A stretch of 64,000 bases of DNA from an uncultured Candidatus Saccharibacteria bacterium (GTDB lineage: Bacteria; Patescibacteriota; JABMPQ01; JAQVVF01). The stretch spans positions 201,852 to 265,851 of the forward strand of contig CAZNOH010000001.1 of the NCBI GenBank assembly GCA_964574655.1, given 5' to 3'. The position numbers were made by a program, and so were the translations under genes. Of this stretch, positions 1 through 9,248 are shown one piece after another. The first letter of the stretch is position 1. Each line of letters opens with the position of its first letter. The notes below the pieces were generated by a model that was given only the letters and a program-made list of their open reading frames with translations, ran no database searches and was not told where the DNA came from.

Positions 1-906
1 AATTTTGCATTTAATTTTGTTTTAAAAATAAAATATTATTTCAGAGATAGTTTGAACAAAATTCTGCCAGAGCCGGAAGGCTCGTTGATTGATGGTTTGC
101 TTTTGGGAAATAAAAGTGGTTTGCCAAAGGAATTATTAGACAAATTTAATTTAGTTGGTGTTTCACATGTGATTGTTGTTTCTGGCTATCATGTGACAGT
201 GATTTCTTCATTGCTTTTGTATTTTGGGATATTAATTTTTGATCGTAAAAAAGCGTTTTGGTTGGCTGTATTGGGGTTAATATTTTTTGTATTGTTAACT
301 GGAATCCAAGCTTCAGCGATTAGAGCCTCAATTATGGGTGGATTAGTTGTTGTAGCATTAAATTCTGGCAGGATGTCAAATATCAGGAACGTTCTACTTT
401 TTTCGGCAATTGTAATTGTTGCTTTTAATCCGTTGCTTTTGTCTTTTGACGTTGGATTTCAACTATCATTTTTGGCGACAATTGGCATTGTCTATTTTAC
501 GCCAATTATTTTGCGATATTTAAAAAAGATGCCAAATGTTTTTAAGTTAAGAGAGATATTAGCAACGACTTTTGCAGCGCAATTTTTGGTGTTGCCAATA
601 ATATTTAACAATTTTGAAAGGCTATCATTAATTTCGCCTCTGGCGAATTTAATGATTTTGCCGATAATTCCAATAACGATGCTGGTTGGTTTTTTAGGAG
701 GATTGGTTGGAATGATATTTTTGCCTTTGGGAAAATTATTGGGATTGATTACTTGGTTGTTTGTTTCGTATATGATTGAAATTGTGGAATTTTTTTCACA
801 ATTTGATTGGGCAGCAATTGAAGTAAAAAAGATTTGGTTTGGATTTGTGGTTTTATATTATGTTATGATTTATATTATCTGGAGAGTTTTAAGAAAGAAA
901 TCTTAA
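1..906 (+). CDS. comEC: ComEC/Rec2 competence protein, membrane (Competence) domain; 5'-partial
   Basis: GVSHVIVVSGYHV, SAIRASIMG and DVGFQLSFLAT motifs; frame is open from position 1. Confidence 0.92.
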   Translation, partial: NFAFNFVLKIKYYFRDSLNKILPEPEGSLIDGLLLGNKSGLPKELLDKFNLVGVSHVIVVSGYHVTVISSLLLYFGILIFDRKKAFWLAVLGLIFFVLLTGIQASAIRASIMGGLVVVALNSGRMSNIRNVLLFSAIVIVAFNPLLLSFDVGFQLSFLATIGIVYFTPIILRYLKKMPNVFKLREILATTFAAQFLVLPIIFNNFERLSLISPLANLMILPIIPITMLVGFLGGLVGMIFLPLGKLLGLITWLFVSYMIEIVEFFSQFDWAAIEVKKIWFGFVVLYYVMIYIIWRVLRKKS

Positions 907-911
907 TAAAT

Positions 912-940
912 GTAGAGACGTAGCAATGCTACGTCTCTAT
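912..940. repeat. GTAGAGACG REP-like palindrome, copy 1
   Basis: gtagagacgtagca-a-tgctacgtctcta; relatives at 36995, 37944, 47319 and 59104. Confidence 0.85.
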
Positions 941-948
941 GAAAAATT

Positions 949-1815
949 ATGATCAAAGTTAAAAATAAAAAAGTTGCATATAGCGTGATGGTTGTATTTG
1001 GATTATTGAATATTGTTTTGTGGCCAATGGTTTTTAAAGGCAATGATAAAAACTTAACAGCCTATTTTTTTGATGTCGGTCAAGGAGATGTAAGCTATTT
1101 TCGAACTGCAGATTCTCAAGATATTTTGATTGATGGCGGACCTGGCAGTAAAGTGCTGTCAAAATTGGGTGAGGCAATGCCATACTATGATAAAAAAATT
1201 GAGTTAATTATTCTGAGTCATGCTCATGCTGATCATATTGATGGTTTGGTTGATGTTTTAAAAAGATATGATGTTGATAAAATATTATATTATGCAACTG
1301 AAACTGATTATGCTGGTTATCAAGAATTAAAAAAAATAGTAAAAGAAAAAAATATTGCTTCGAAAAATGTTAAAGCTGGAGACGAAGTTTTATTAGGTCA
1401 GACAACGATTAAAATTTTATCTCCGATTAATTATGTTGAAGGCACTGATTTAAATGATTCTTCAATTGTTTTAAGGTTGATTTATGGGCAAAATTCTATT
1501 ATGATGACTGGTGATGCAGGATTAAAAACCGAGAAAGAAATTTTAAATAATAATGTAGATATAAAGAGTGATATTTTGAAGGTTGGCCATCATGGTAGCA
1601 AGTATTCAAGTTCAACTGATTTTTTAGAAAAGATTGCGCCAAGCTATGGTATAATTATGGTGGGTTTGAAAAATTCTTATCATCATCCGCATCAAACAAC
1701 TTTGGATAATTTGAATAATTTAGGCATTAAAATTTTTAGGACTGATTTGGATCAAGATATTAAGTGTCTTGGGGATGGAATCGTTGTTAATTGCGAGAAA
1801 ATTACTAATTACTAA
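949..1815 (+). CDS. ComEC-family metallo-beta-lactamase domain protein (split ComEC C-terminal part)
   Basis: FDVGQGD, LIDGGP, SHAHADHIDG and LKVGHHGS motifs; N-terminal TM helix. Confidence 0.9.
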   Translation: MIKVKNKKVAYSVMVVFGLLNIVLWPMVFKGNDKNLTAYFFDVGQGDVSYFRTADSQDILIDGGPGSKVLSKLGEAMPYYDKKIELIILSHAHADHIDGLVDVLKRYDVDKILYYATETDYAGYQELKKIVKEKNIASKNVKAGDEVLLGQTTIKILSPINYVEGTDLNDSSIVLRLIYGQNSIMMTGDAGLKTEKEILNNNVDIKSDILKVGHHGSKYSSSTDFLEKIAPSYGIIMVGLKNSYHHPHQTTLDNLNNLGIKIFRTDLDQDIKCLGDGIVVNCEKITNY

Positions 1816-1925
1816 TTTTTAATTACTAATTAATTTAAAATGAACTAATTTTCAATATTTTTCTGGGTATTTAGAAATTAGGTATTTGGAATTGATTAGA
1901 AATTAGAAATTGAAAATTAGAAATT
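1800..1925. repeat. Long imperfect intergenic inverted repeat built from 7-nt units (AATTACT / ATTAGAA)
   Basis: Left arm aattactaattactaat..., right arm ...attagaaattgaaaattagaaatt. Confidence 0.7.
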
Positions 1926-2645
1926 ATGATAAAAATATCAATTGTTGTTCCAGCATATAACGAGGAAAAATATATTAAGCCCTGCATTGAATCTTTGATT
2001 AGTCAGGATTTTTTGGATTATGAATTAATTGTTAGTTTGAATGCTTGTACTGATCAGACGGAAAATGTTGTTTTGGATGTTGCGAGAAAAAATAATTTTA
2101 CTAATTTAAAAATTGTTAAAGAGAATAGAAAAGGTGTTTCTAATGCTCGTCAAACTGGAGCAGAAAATGCACAAGGTCAGATTATTGTCAGTTGCGATGC
2201 TGATACAGTTTATCCTACAGATTGGTTGAGTAGAATTGAAAAATATTTTGATGATCCAAAGACAGCATTATTTTATGGAAGCGTTAGAATGAACGGTGGG
2301 CCAGTATATTTAAGATTTTTAGCTAGATATGTTTACACTTGTTTTTTACATATTTCGAGATGGTTTGGAAAAGATAATGTAACTGGGATGAATTTTGCTT
2401 ATCGAAAAGATTTATTTATAAAAGCAGGCGGATATGATTTGAATTTAAAATCAGCTGAAGATGTTTTTCTTGGACAAAAATTAAAAAAATATGGTAAAGT
2501 TGTTTTTGATCCAAAAATTTTTGTATATACATCACCAAGGCGTTTTCAAAAAGGTTTTTGGCGTTTTTTATGGTTTCATGTAAAGAATTATTGGAATGTG
2601 TTCGTGCTGAAAAAGCAACCGAGCGATTTTATTGATATAAGGTAA
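1926..2645 (+). CDS. Glycosyltransferase family 2
   Basis: ISIVVPAYNEE, DAD and ED motifs. Confidence 0.9.
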   Translation: MIKISIVVPAYNEEKYIKPCIESLISQDFLDYELIVSLNACTDQTENVVLDVARKNNFTNLKIVKENRKGVSNARQTGAENAQGQIIVSCDADTVYPTDWLSRIEKYFDDPKTALFYGSVRMNGGPVYLRFLARYVYTCFLHISRWFGKDNVTGMNFAYRKDLFIKAGGYDLNLKSAEDVFLGQKLKKYGKVVFDPKIFVYTSPRRFQKGFWRFLWFHVKNYWNVFVLKKQPSDFIDIR

Positions 2646-2651
2646 CATTAT

Positions 2652-2742
2652 GATGCCAATATACGAATATAATGCTAATTTACGAATTGCGAATCGAACG
2701 AATTGGCAATTAGCATTATTGGCATTAGATTAGTATATTAGC
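2652..2742. repeat. Imperfect intergenic inverted repeat of GCYAAT/CGAAT units
   Basis: gatgccaatatacgaatataatgctaat...attagcattattggcattag; similar to 24897-24995. Confidence 0.65.
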
Positions 2743-2753
2743 AACATATTTTT

Positions 2754-4058
2754 ATGAACATAGCTTTTTTTACCGACACTTATCATCCTTATGTTTCTGG
2801 TGTTGCTAATTCAATAGATTTATTTAAAGATGAGCTTGAAAAACAAGGTCATCAGGTTTTTATTTTTGCGCCATTATTAAAAGATGAAAATGGAAATATT
2901 CCGAAAGACGGTCCAAGAGTTTATCGCATTGAATCTTTGAAGCAGGATGTTTTTTCGGAATTTACAATGACCTTGCCTAATTTACCGCCGATTTTTCATG
3001 ATTTTTACAAATTCAAAATTGATGTTGTTCATTCTCATACTCCATTTTATATGGGAATGTATGCGAGCATTGTTGCTATTTTTTATAATATTCCGGTTGT
3101 TCATACCTATCACACTCTTTATGAAAAATATACTGGACATTCATTGTTCAAGAATTGGTATAGAGTGGATAAAGCAGTAATGAGTTTGGCAAAAGATGTT
3201 TCAGTATTTTATAGCCAGAGATGCGATGCTTTAATTTCGCCTTCTGAAAAAGTTAAAAAAATGTTGCAAGAATATGGGGTAAAAAATGATATTTCTGTTA
3301 TTCAAACAGGAATTGAATTGGAAAAATTTGATAATATTGAGAAAAATTATTTGAGATCGAAATTTAATATTCCAGCTGATAAAAAAATAGTAATGTATTT
3401 GGGCAGAGTAGCTCTTCCTAAAAATCCAATGTTTCTAGCGGAAATGTTTGAAAAAGTGGCTAAAGAAGATGAAAATTGCGTGATGGCGATAATAGGCTCT
3501 GGTCCAAGCTTAGATGATTTGAAAAAGGAATTTGAAAAAAAGAAATTGCAGGATAGAGTTATTTTTGGCGGATTTGCAAATCGAGATGAAGTGCCAAAGT
3601 GTTTTGCTGATGCATCAATTTTTGTTTTTGCATCAAAGACTGATACACAAAGTTTAGTTCTATTGGAAGCAGCAGCATCTGGTTTGCCGATTGTAATGTT
3701 AAAAGATGAAGGTTTGACTTCTGTTGTATCAGACTTAGAAAATGGCTTTGAAATTCCAAATGATGATTCAAATTTGTATTCCGAAAAAGTTTTGGAGCTG
3801 TTGCGAAATTCGGATTTACGTGCTAAGATGTCGACAAAGTCATTGGAATTAGCAAAATTATTTTCAATCCAAAATCAAACTCAGAAATTATTAAATTTAT
3901 ATTTAGAAACAATAGAATCACACGAGCAAGCTTCTTGGAGAAAGAGAATAAAAAGAGGATTGAATAAAGAAATAAATTTGAAAGATTTTTTTATGGAAGA
4001 TGGACAGTTCAGGATATTGAAAAAACTAAGAAAATTAATGGACAAAATTAAAGGTTAA
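2754..4058 (+). CDS. Glycosyltransferase family 4 (1,2-diacylglycerol glucosyltransferase-like)
   Basis: FTDTYHPYVSGV, HSHTPF, HTYHT and TQSLVLLEAAASGLP motifs. Confidence 0.88.
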   Translation: MNIAFFTDTYHPYVSGVANSIDLFKDELEKQGHQVFIFAPLLKDENGNIPKDGPRVYRIESLKQDVFSEFTMTLPNLPPIFHDFYKFKIDVVHSHTPFYMGMYASIVAIFYNIPVVHTYHTLYEKYTGHSLFKNWYRVDKAVMSLAKDVSVFYSQRCDALISPSEKVKKMLQEYGVKNDISVIQTGIELEKFDNIEKNYLRSKFNIPADKKIVMYLGRVALPKNPMFLAEMFEKVAKEDENCVMAIIGSGPSLDDLKKEFEKKKLQDRVIFGGFANRDEVPKCFADASIFVFASKTDTQSLVLLEAAASGLPIVMLKDEGLTSVVSDLENGFEIPNDDSNLYSEKVLELLRNSDLRAKMSTKSLELAKLFSIQNQTQKLLNLYLETIESHEQASWRKRIKRGLNKEINLKDFFMEDGQFRILKKLRKLMDKIKG

Positions 4059-4076
4059 ATTAAATAAAATAATTTT

Positions 4077-4559
4077 ATGCCAGACAAAATTGAAAGAACA
4101 TTAGTTATTATTAAGCCAGATGGTTTGCAAAGAAATCTTTTAGGCGAGGTGATTTCTCGTTTTGAAAAAAAAGGATTAAAAATTACGGCCTTAAAAATGA
4201 TGCAATTGAGTGATGTATTGCTAGATGAACATTATGCGCATCATAAAGATAAGCCATTTTTTAATGACTTAAAGGGTTTTATGAAAAGCGCGCCTTGCGT
4301 GGCAGTTGTTTTGGAAGGCTATGATGCAATATCAGCTGTTCGTTTGCTAGTAGGTCCAACAAAGGGCTATGAAGCTGATGCTGGCAGTATTAGAGGTGAC
4401 TTATGCATATCTGGATCAAGCAACATTGTTCATGCATCCGATAGTCCAGAAAATGCTGAGAAAGAGGTTTTTAGATTTTTCAATAATGATGAATTGTTTG
4501 AATATAAAAAAATTGATTATGATTATCTTTATTCTGAAAAGGAAAAGAAAGTAGAATAA
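4077..4559 (+). CDS. ndk: Nucleoside diphosphate kinase
   Basis: ERTLVIIKPDG and NIVHASDS motifs. Confidence 0.97.
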   Translation: MPDKIERTLVIIKPDGLQRNLLGEVISRFEKKGLKITALKMMQLSDVLLDEHYAHHKDKPFFNDLKGFMKSAPCVAVVLEGYDAISAVRLLVGPTKGYEADAGSIRGDLCISGSSNIVHASDSPENAEKEVFRFFNNDELFEYKKIDYDYLYSEKEKKVE

Positions 4560-4580
4560 TCTTTAGATAACGTAAATTAT

Positions 4581-4609
4581 AAATGAGCCAAAAGTTGGCT
4601 CATTTTTTT
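4581..4609 (+). terminator. Intrinsic terminator after ndk
   Basis: aaatgagccaa-aag-ttggctcattt followed by a T run. Confidence 0.85.
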
Positions 4610-4625
4610 ATCCACATAAATAGTC

Positions 4626-4682
4626 TTGACAGTATTTTTTAATCTGCTATACTTTATCTAAGTAAATCACTTTACTAAAGTA
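4626..4682 (+). promoter_or_regulatory. Sigma70 promoter with overlapping ACTTTA/TAAAGT palindromic operator-like site
   Basis: TTGACA(4626)-16 nt-TATACT(4648), extended -10 TG; tactttatctaagtaaatcactttactaaagta follows. Confidence 0.6.
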
Positions 4683-4692
4683 AATTATATTT

Positions 4693-5013
4693 ATGCCAAA
4701 ATGGCGCAATCGAAAAACTGATAATTTAATAAATGTGATTCTTGATTTGAAAAATCAAAAAGAAGCGCGGAATTTTTTTCGTGATCTTTTGACGGAGCCG
4801 GAATTGATTGAATTTGGTAATCGTTGGCAAGCGGTACAAATGTTGGATCGTAAAATTTCTTATACTAAAATTGTAAAACAGACTGGTTTGAGTTCTCGAA
4901 CAGTTGCAAGAATTTCTAAATGGCTGAATGATGGGATGAATGGCTATAGATTGTCTTTAGATAGATTAAATAAAAAAAATCATCATTACTCTTCTTATCT
5001 CAGGAAGAGCTAA
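4693..5013 (+). CDS. TrpR-like YerC/YecD family repressor
   Basis: FFRDLLTEPE..EFGNRWQ...SYTKI...TGLSSRTVARISKWL..G..GY. Confidence 0.9.
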   Translation: MPKWRNRKTDNLINVILDLKNQKEARNFFRDLLTEPELIEFGNRWQAVQMLDRKISYTKIVKQTGLSSRTVARISKWLNDGMNGYRLSLDRLNKKNHHYSSYLRKS

Positions 5014-5070
5014 TTTTGTTTTAAATACTAAATTAATAATCTCTTCCTGAATTGGAAGAGTTTTTTATTT
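4981..5070 (+). promoter_or_regulatory. Transcription attenuator overlapping the 3' end of the TrpR-like gene
   Basis: Segments 1 ctcttct (4989), 2 tcaggaagag (5000), 3 ctcttcctga (5041), 4 ggaagag plus T run (5054); CAT CAT TAC codons precede segment 1. Confidence 0.72.
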
Positions 5071-5089
5071 ATTAATTATTTTAAAAAAA

Positions 5090-5863
5090 ATGCAATTACC
5101 AAATCTAAAAATTGAATCAGAATTAATTTCAAAATATGTTTTATTGCCTGGCGATCCTGGTCGAGTTGATTTGATTGGAAAAAAATTAAAAAAGTTCAAG
5201 ATTTTTGGCCAGAATCGGGAATTTAGAATTGGCCAGGGATATTATAGAGGAATTTTAATAACAGTATGTTCAACAGGTATTGGTTGTCCTTCAACTGCTA
5301 TTGCAACTGAGGAATTAATAAAAGCGGGTGCAAAAGTTTTAATTCGTGTTGGTACATGTGGAGGAGCTTGGAAATTTGAAATAAAAGAAGGCAGTCTAAT
5401 AATTCCAACTGCTTCAATTCGAGATGAGGGGACAACTAAAGAATACATCGATCAATCTTTTCCGGCTGTTGCAAATTTTGAAGTAATTGATGCACTGATA
5501 GAATCAGCAAAAAAAAGGAAGCAAAAATATTTTGTTGGAATTAATAGAACGCATGACGCATTTTATGGAAATTTTGAATCTATAACGAAATGGGGTAAAT
5601 ATTTGTTGGATGATAAAAAGAATATTGATATGCCAATTTTATCTTCTGAGATGGAAAGTTCAGCTTTATTTGTTATTGCTTGTTTGAGAGGTGTTCGTGC
5701 TGGAGCGATATTGGCTGTAAATTCAAAACCTGAGCCACTGCTGGAAAGGCTGAAAGGCCAGAAGAAAAAAGTAATTACAGAATCAAGTTTAGATTTAACG
5801 AAAAAAACTGTTGAAAAAATGATTGATGTGGTTTTAGAGGCAATATTAATTTTAAATAAATAA
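5090..5863 (+). CDS. udp: Uridine/nucleoside phosphorylase
   Basis: LLPGDPGRV, STGIGCPS, IRVGTCG, RDEGTT and EMESS motifs. Confidence 0.88.
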   Translation: MQLPNLKIESELISKYVLLPGDPGRVDLIGKKLKKFKIFGQNREFRIGQGYYRGILITVCSTGIGCPSTAIATEELIKAGAKVLIRVGTCGGAWKFEIKEGSLIIPTASIRDEGTTKEYIDQSFPAVANFEVIDALIESAKKRKQKYFVGINRTHDAFYGNFESITKWGKYLLDDKKNIDMPILSSEMESSALFVIACLRGVRAGAILAVNSKPEPLLERLKGQKKKVITESSLDLTKKTVEKMIDVVLEAILILNK

Positions 5864-5865
5864 TT

Positions 5866-6501
5866 ATGAAAAAAGTTATTTGTTTTGATTTGTGGAAAAC
5901 TTTGGCTTATGAGCCATATTCTTTAGAAGGATATTTTGACTTGGCAATTAAAAAATATCCCAAGAAGGTTACCAATGCAAAAATATTAAGGTTGATTGAT
6001 GAAATTCCGATGAAAAATAGTTTTACTTTGAAAAAATCAGTCAGATTAATACTAGCTGAATTGGGAATTTGCGATGAAAAGTTGGTCAAACAGATAGTGA
6101 AGGCTTGGCAATATTCTTGTGATAATGCCGAACTGTTTTTTGATGCGTTGCCAATTTTAAAAAAATTAAGAAAAAAATATTTGTTAGTTTTAATTACAAA
6201 TACTTCGAAATATGGTTGGAATAGTATAAGTCGGAAGTTCAATTTGAATCAATATTTTGATTTTGTTGCAAAATCTTTTGAGTTAGGTTATGTGAAACCA
6301 GAAACAGAAATTTTTGAGTTTATTGAGAATAAATTCAAAATTTATGAATCAAATGTATTAATGATTGGTGATTCCAGAGAAAAAGATATTTTGCCAGCTG
6401 AAAAAAGAGGTTGGAAAGTAATTAGAATAGACAGAACAATCAAGAGAAAGAATAAGAAAGTAATAAAGACTTTGTTGGATTTAGAAGGAATTACTTTTTG
6501 A
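5866..6501 (+). CDS. HAD-family hydrolase
   Basis: FDLWKTL, ITNT, KP and MIGDS..D motifs. Confidence 0.85.
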   Translation: MKKVICFDLWKTLAYEPYSLEGYFDLAIKKYPKKVTNAKILRLIDEIPMKNSFTLKKSVRLILAELGICDEKLVKQIVKAWQYSCDNAELFFDALPILKKLRKKYLLVLITNTSKYGWNSISRKFNLNQYFDFVAKSFELGYVKPETEIFEFIENKFKIYESNVLMIGDSREKDILPAEKRGWKVIRIDRTIKRKNKKVIKTLLDLEGITF

Positions 6502-6586
6502 TTTTTACTTTTGATAAGGAATTATTTTGGAAGTCTGTTTTGCACCTTAAAAATTAACAATCTCCAAAAGAGGAGAGGAGGGAGAG

Positions 6587-7507
6587 ATGGAAGAGAAAAA
6601 AGGATCGTCGGGATGCCAAGTTCTGATTGGCGAGACTGTAGAAAAGAAAGGAAATAGAGATGCCTTGAAGTTGGAATTGGATGCTTATTTGCGATTGGAA
6701 AATATTTTGGGAGAGAAAAGTAATGTTTTGCCTAAGATTTTGGGATTTGTTGAAGATGAAAATAAGGCAGTATTAAAGTTGGAAAGACTACCTGGCAATG
6801 TTGATTTGGAACAATATATTTTAATAGTTTTTGATGAAGCAGAGAAAATTGAGAATATTAGAATTATGATCGGAAATGTTCTTGAAATGTTGGATGATTG
6901 GTTAGCAATAAAATCAACTGATGATCCAGAAATTTTGTTGTGTGAGATTGGGCAGGCATTGAATGTTGCTTGGGAAAAATATGTGCGACTTGGCGGAGAT
7001 CAAAACTTATTTGATTCTGTTGCGTTGAAAAGTTTTGTAACTGACAAAAAGATTAGAGAATTTCTTTTGACTGGTGTTTCTTTGGGACCATGCCATCGTG
7101 ATCTTTGTACTAACAATATTTGGCCATTGTCAGATAATTCAGTACAGGTTTTTGATCCCAGATGGCAACTGACAGGATCAAGCGTTACAAGCATTGGTCA
7201 TGTTGTTTTGGATCTAGCGTCATTTCGGATTAATTTGGAAAGATTGCAAGCAGATCGGTTCAAAAATGGTTTGTCATTATTGATTCCAATTGACATTGTT
7301 GATTCAAAAATTGATGAATGGATTAGGCAGAAACATTTTGTTAGAGAGTTGTACGATTTGGTATTGCTCAGAAGATATATTGCTTTTGCAGCGTGTAGGT
7401 GTGAGCATTGTATTCATCCATCGCGCTTGCATCGTTTTGAACTGATGGAAAAGCAAGCAGCAATAGTAGGGAATAAGTTGATTAATATTTTTGCAAGGAG
7501 ATCTTAG
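6587..7507 (+). CDS. Aminoglycoside-phosphotransferase/kinase-like protein
   Basis: CHRDLCTNNI (catalytic loop-like), VFDP and DLAS; strong SD upstream. Confidence 0.65.
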   Translation: MEEKKGSSGCQVLIGETVEKKGNRDALKLELDAYLRLENILGEKSNVLPKILGFVEDENKAVLKLERLPGNVDLEQYILIVFDEAEKIENIRIMIGNVLEMLDDWLAIKSTDDPEILLCEIGQALNVAWEKYVRLGGDQNLFDSVALKSFVTDKKIREFLLTGVSLGPCHRDLCTNNIWPLSDNSVQVFDPRWQLTGSSVTSIGHVVLDLASFRINLERLQADRFKNGLSLLIPIDIVDSKIDEWIRQKHFVRELYDLVLLRRYIAFAACRCEHCIHPSRLHRFELMEKQAAIVGNKLINIFARRS

Positions 7508-8110
7508 ATGCCTGTAGTTTGTTTTGATTTATGTAATACATTAATTACTGCTGGCAAGAAGCAAAGAGGCTACGAAATTATTTTGCAAAGATTTGGATTG
7601 CAGAAAGAACAGTTATATCCTTTTGTTCGTGATGTTTTGATGGTTAAGAAAGAAATTACCTATCGAGAAATGGTTGAAGAATTATTTCAACACCTTGGAT
7701 TAGAAAAGGAAGAATTGGCTAAATTAGAAACTGAAAGACTATGGGCAGAAGATAATAAAAGTTATGTTTGGCTATCGGGAGCGCAAGATTGTTTAGGGCA
7801 GTTGCATAAAAGAGGAATAAGATTAGTCTTGATTTCTAATTTGACATTTCCAGCTTGGCAGGAAATTGATTCCGGACTCGATGTCTCGTCTATGTTTGAC
7901 GAACTTTTCTTGTCATGTATGGTTGGTATATCAAAACCTAATCCGGATATTTTTCGAAAAGTAGTAGAACAATTTGCTTATGAAAAATTTTGGATGATTG
8001 GTGATAGTCAGTTAGATGATATTGAGCCGGCAAAATTGATGGATTGGCAGACTATTCTTGTGCCAAAATCAGCGACTGATTTTCCTTTAATTTTGAGGAG
8101 TTTGTTGTGA
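7508..8110 (+). CDS. HAD-family hydrolase
   Basis: FDLCNTL, ISN, SKPNPDIF and MIGDSQLDD motifs. Confidence 0.85.
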   Translation: MPVVCFDLCNTLITAGKKQRGYEIILQRFGLQKEQLYPFVRDVLMVKKEITYREMVEELFQHLGLEKEELAKLETERLWAEDNKSYVWLSGAQDCLGQLHKRGIRLVLISNLTFPAWQEIDSGLDVSSMFDELFLSCMVGISKPNPDIFRKVVEQFAYEKFWMIGDSQLDDIEPAKLMDWQTILVPKSATDFPLILRSLL

Positions 8111-8739
8111 TGAAAGTTTTAATTTTTGATATTGATTTGGATAAAGGACTGATGAAATCATTTGAAAATTTTGGTTTTGTTGTTTGCGATGTTGAAGAAA
8201 TGACGCAAAGTATTTTGGAATGGGAAGGCTGGAAGGATTTTGACAGATCGAGGACTGTATTGGTCTTTCCAGGTAATGGCGCGAATTTGTTGAAAAGATA
8301 CTTGTCTGAAGATTGGTTAGCTGGTTGGAAAACTGAAAGTGTTTTTGCAAAGCGGTTTTGGGAACCGGGGAGAGATCCTTATGTTATAGTTGAACGAATA
8401 TTTCCAAATCAGATGGCATTAGGTATTGAAAGAATTGTGTTGTTAGATGATGTTGTTTCTAGTGGGATGACATTTAGAAAAATGCGCAAGAAAAATAGTC
8501 CTTGGATTCCCAATGTATCATGGAGTGGCGTGACCTAGATTATCCAAAAGGCAGCCAATACGATTGGGTTTGAAAATGTTTTTGCTGTTAAAACATTTGG
8601 AGAGAGCGATACAAAAGTGCCGATTATATCTTTGTCAACTTTGATTATGGAAAAGGATATTGCAGTTTCTTTTGCAAAACGTAATTTTTCTGCTGAACTT
8701 GGTTTGGAATTCTTAGCTTTATTGGAGAAATTAAGGTAG
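8110..8739 (+). pseudogene. Type I phosphoribosyltransferase-like gene interrupted by one in-frame TAG (8536-8538)
   Basis: PRPP motif IVLLDDVVSSGMT; frame stays open for 66 codons past the TAG, ending just before a terminator. Confidence 0.7.
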
Positions 8740-8752
8740 AGTTTGTTCCTTG

Positions 8753-8778
8753 AAGACCTAGCAATAGGTCTTTTTTTA
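8753..8778 (+). terminator. Intrinsic terminator
   Basis: aagaccta-gcaa-taggtctt followed by a T run. Confidence 0.85.
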
Positions 8779-8810
8779 TGATAGGATAATCTTTAATGTG
8801 GATTCTTTTC

Positions 8811-8838
8811 TTGACAAGATATTCTAATAGTATATAAT
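8811..8838 (+). promoter_or_regulatory. Sigma70 promoter for the tandem leader region
   Basis: TTGACA-16 nt-TATAAT. Confidence 0.75.
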
Positions 8839-8845
8839 GAATTAT

Positions 8846-8920
8846 ATGAAAAATATTAGCCGACAATTTCATATGCATTTCTGGTATTCAATGATTTTGA
8901 GTCGGCTTTTTATTGCGTAA
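8846..8920 (+). CDS. Putative leader peptide 1, MKNISRQFHMHFWYSMILSRLFIA
   Basis: Translated by hand; aromatic/His/Met cluster sits inside the agccgac...gtcggct stem; paralog of 9024-9104. Confidence 0.7.
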   Translation: MKNISRQFHMHFWYSMILSRLFIA

Positions 8921-8941
8921 GTTTATACTAAATATTTTATA

Positions 8942-8973
8942 AAAAAGCTGGCTCAAAATTTGGGCCAGTTTTT
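8942..8973 (+). terminator. Attenuator terminator 1
   Basis: aaaaagctggctca-aaatt-tgggccagttttt; 5' arm can instead pair with gagtcggctttt at 8899. Confidence 0.8.
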
Positions 8974-9023
8974 GTTTGAATCGCGAATATACACAAATGC
9001 GAATATAAGTTTTAATAAATATT

Positions 9024-9104
9024 ATGTTAAATATCAGTCGACAATTTAATTTTTATATGTGGTATTACCATTTCATTTTTATGAGTCGGCTTTTGCGTTT
9101 ATAA
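9024..9104 (+). CDS. Putative leader peptide 2, MLNISRQFNFYMWYYHFIFMSRLLRL
   Basis: Translated by hand; same NISRQF...W...SRL frame as leader 1. Confidence 0.7.
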   Translation: MLNISRQFNFYMWYYHFIFMSRLLRL

Positions 9105-9132
9105 GATAATTATTATTTTAAATATATTGTGC

Positions 9133-9159
9133 AAAGACCGGCTCTAAAGGCCGGTTTTT
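9133..9159 (+). terminator. Attenuator terminator 2
   Basis: aaagaccggct-ctaaa-ggccggttttt; alternative pairing with gagtcggctttt at 9083. Confidence 0.8.
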
Positions 9160-9182
9160 GATTGTTCTTTACAACAAGAGGA

Positions 9183-9248
9183 TCCACCTACGCTTGCGAG
9201 CTTTGGTGGATAAGTCCGCCTTCGTCCTGTGGGACTTTGGCGGACAAG
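9183..9248. repeat. Two tandem CCGCC...GGCGGACAAG hairpin elements
   Basis: tccacctacgcttgcgagctttggtggataag followed by tccgccttcgtcctgtgggactttggcggacaag. Confidence 0.8.

Noticed and set aside
8536-8538. Genome-wide stop-codon reassignment (TAG or TGA)
   Set aside because: TAG ends conserved genes (rpsN, rpsH, rpsQ) and TGA ends rpsJ at expected positions, so code 11 fits
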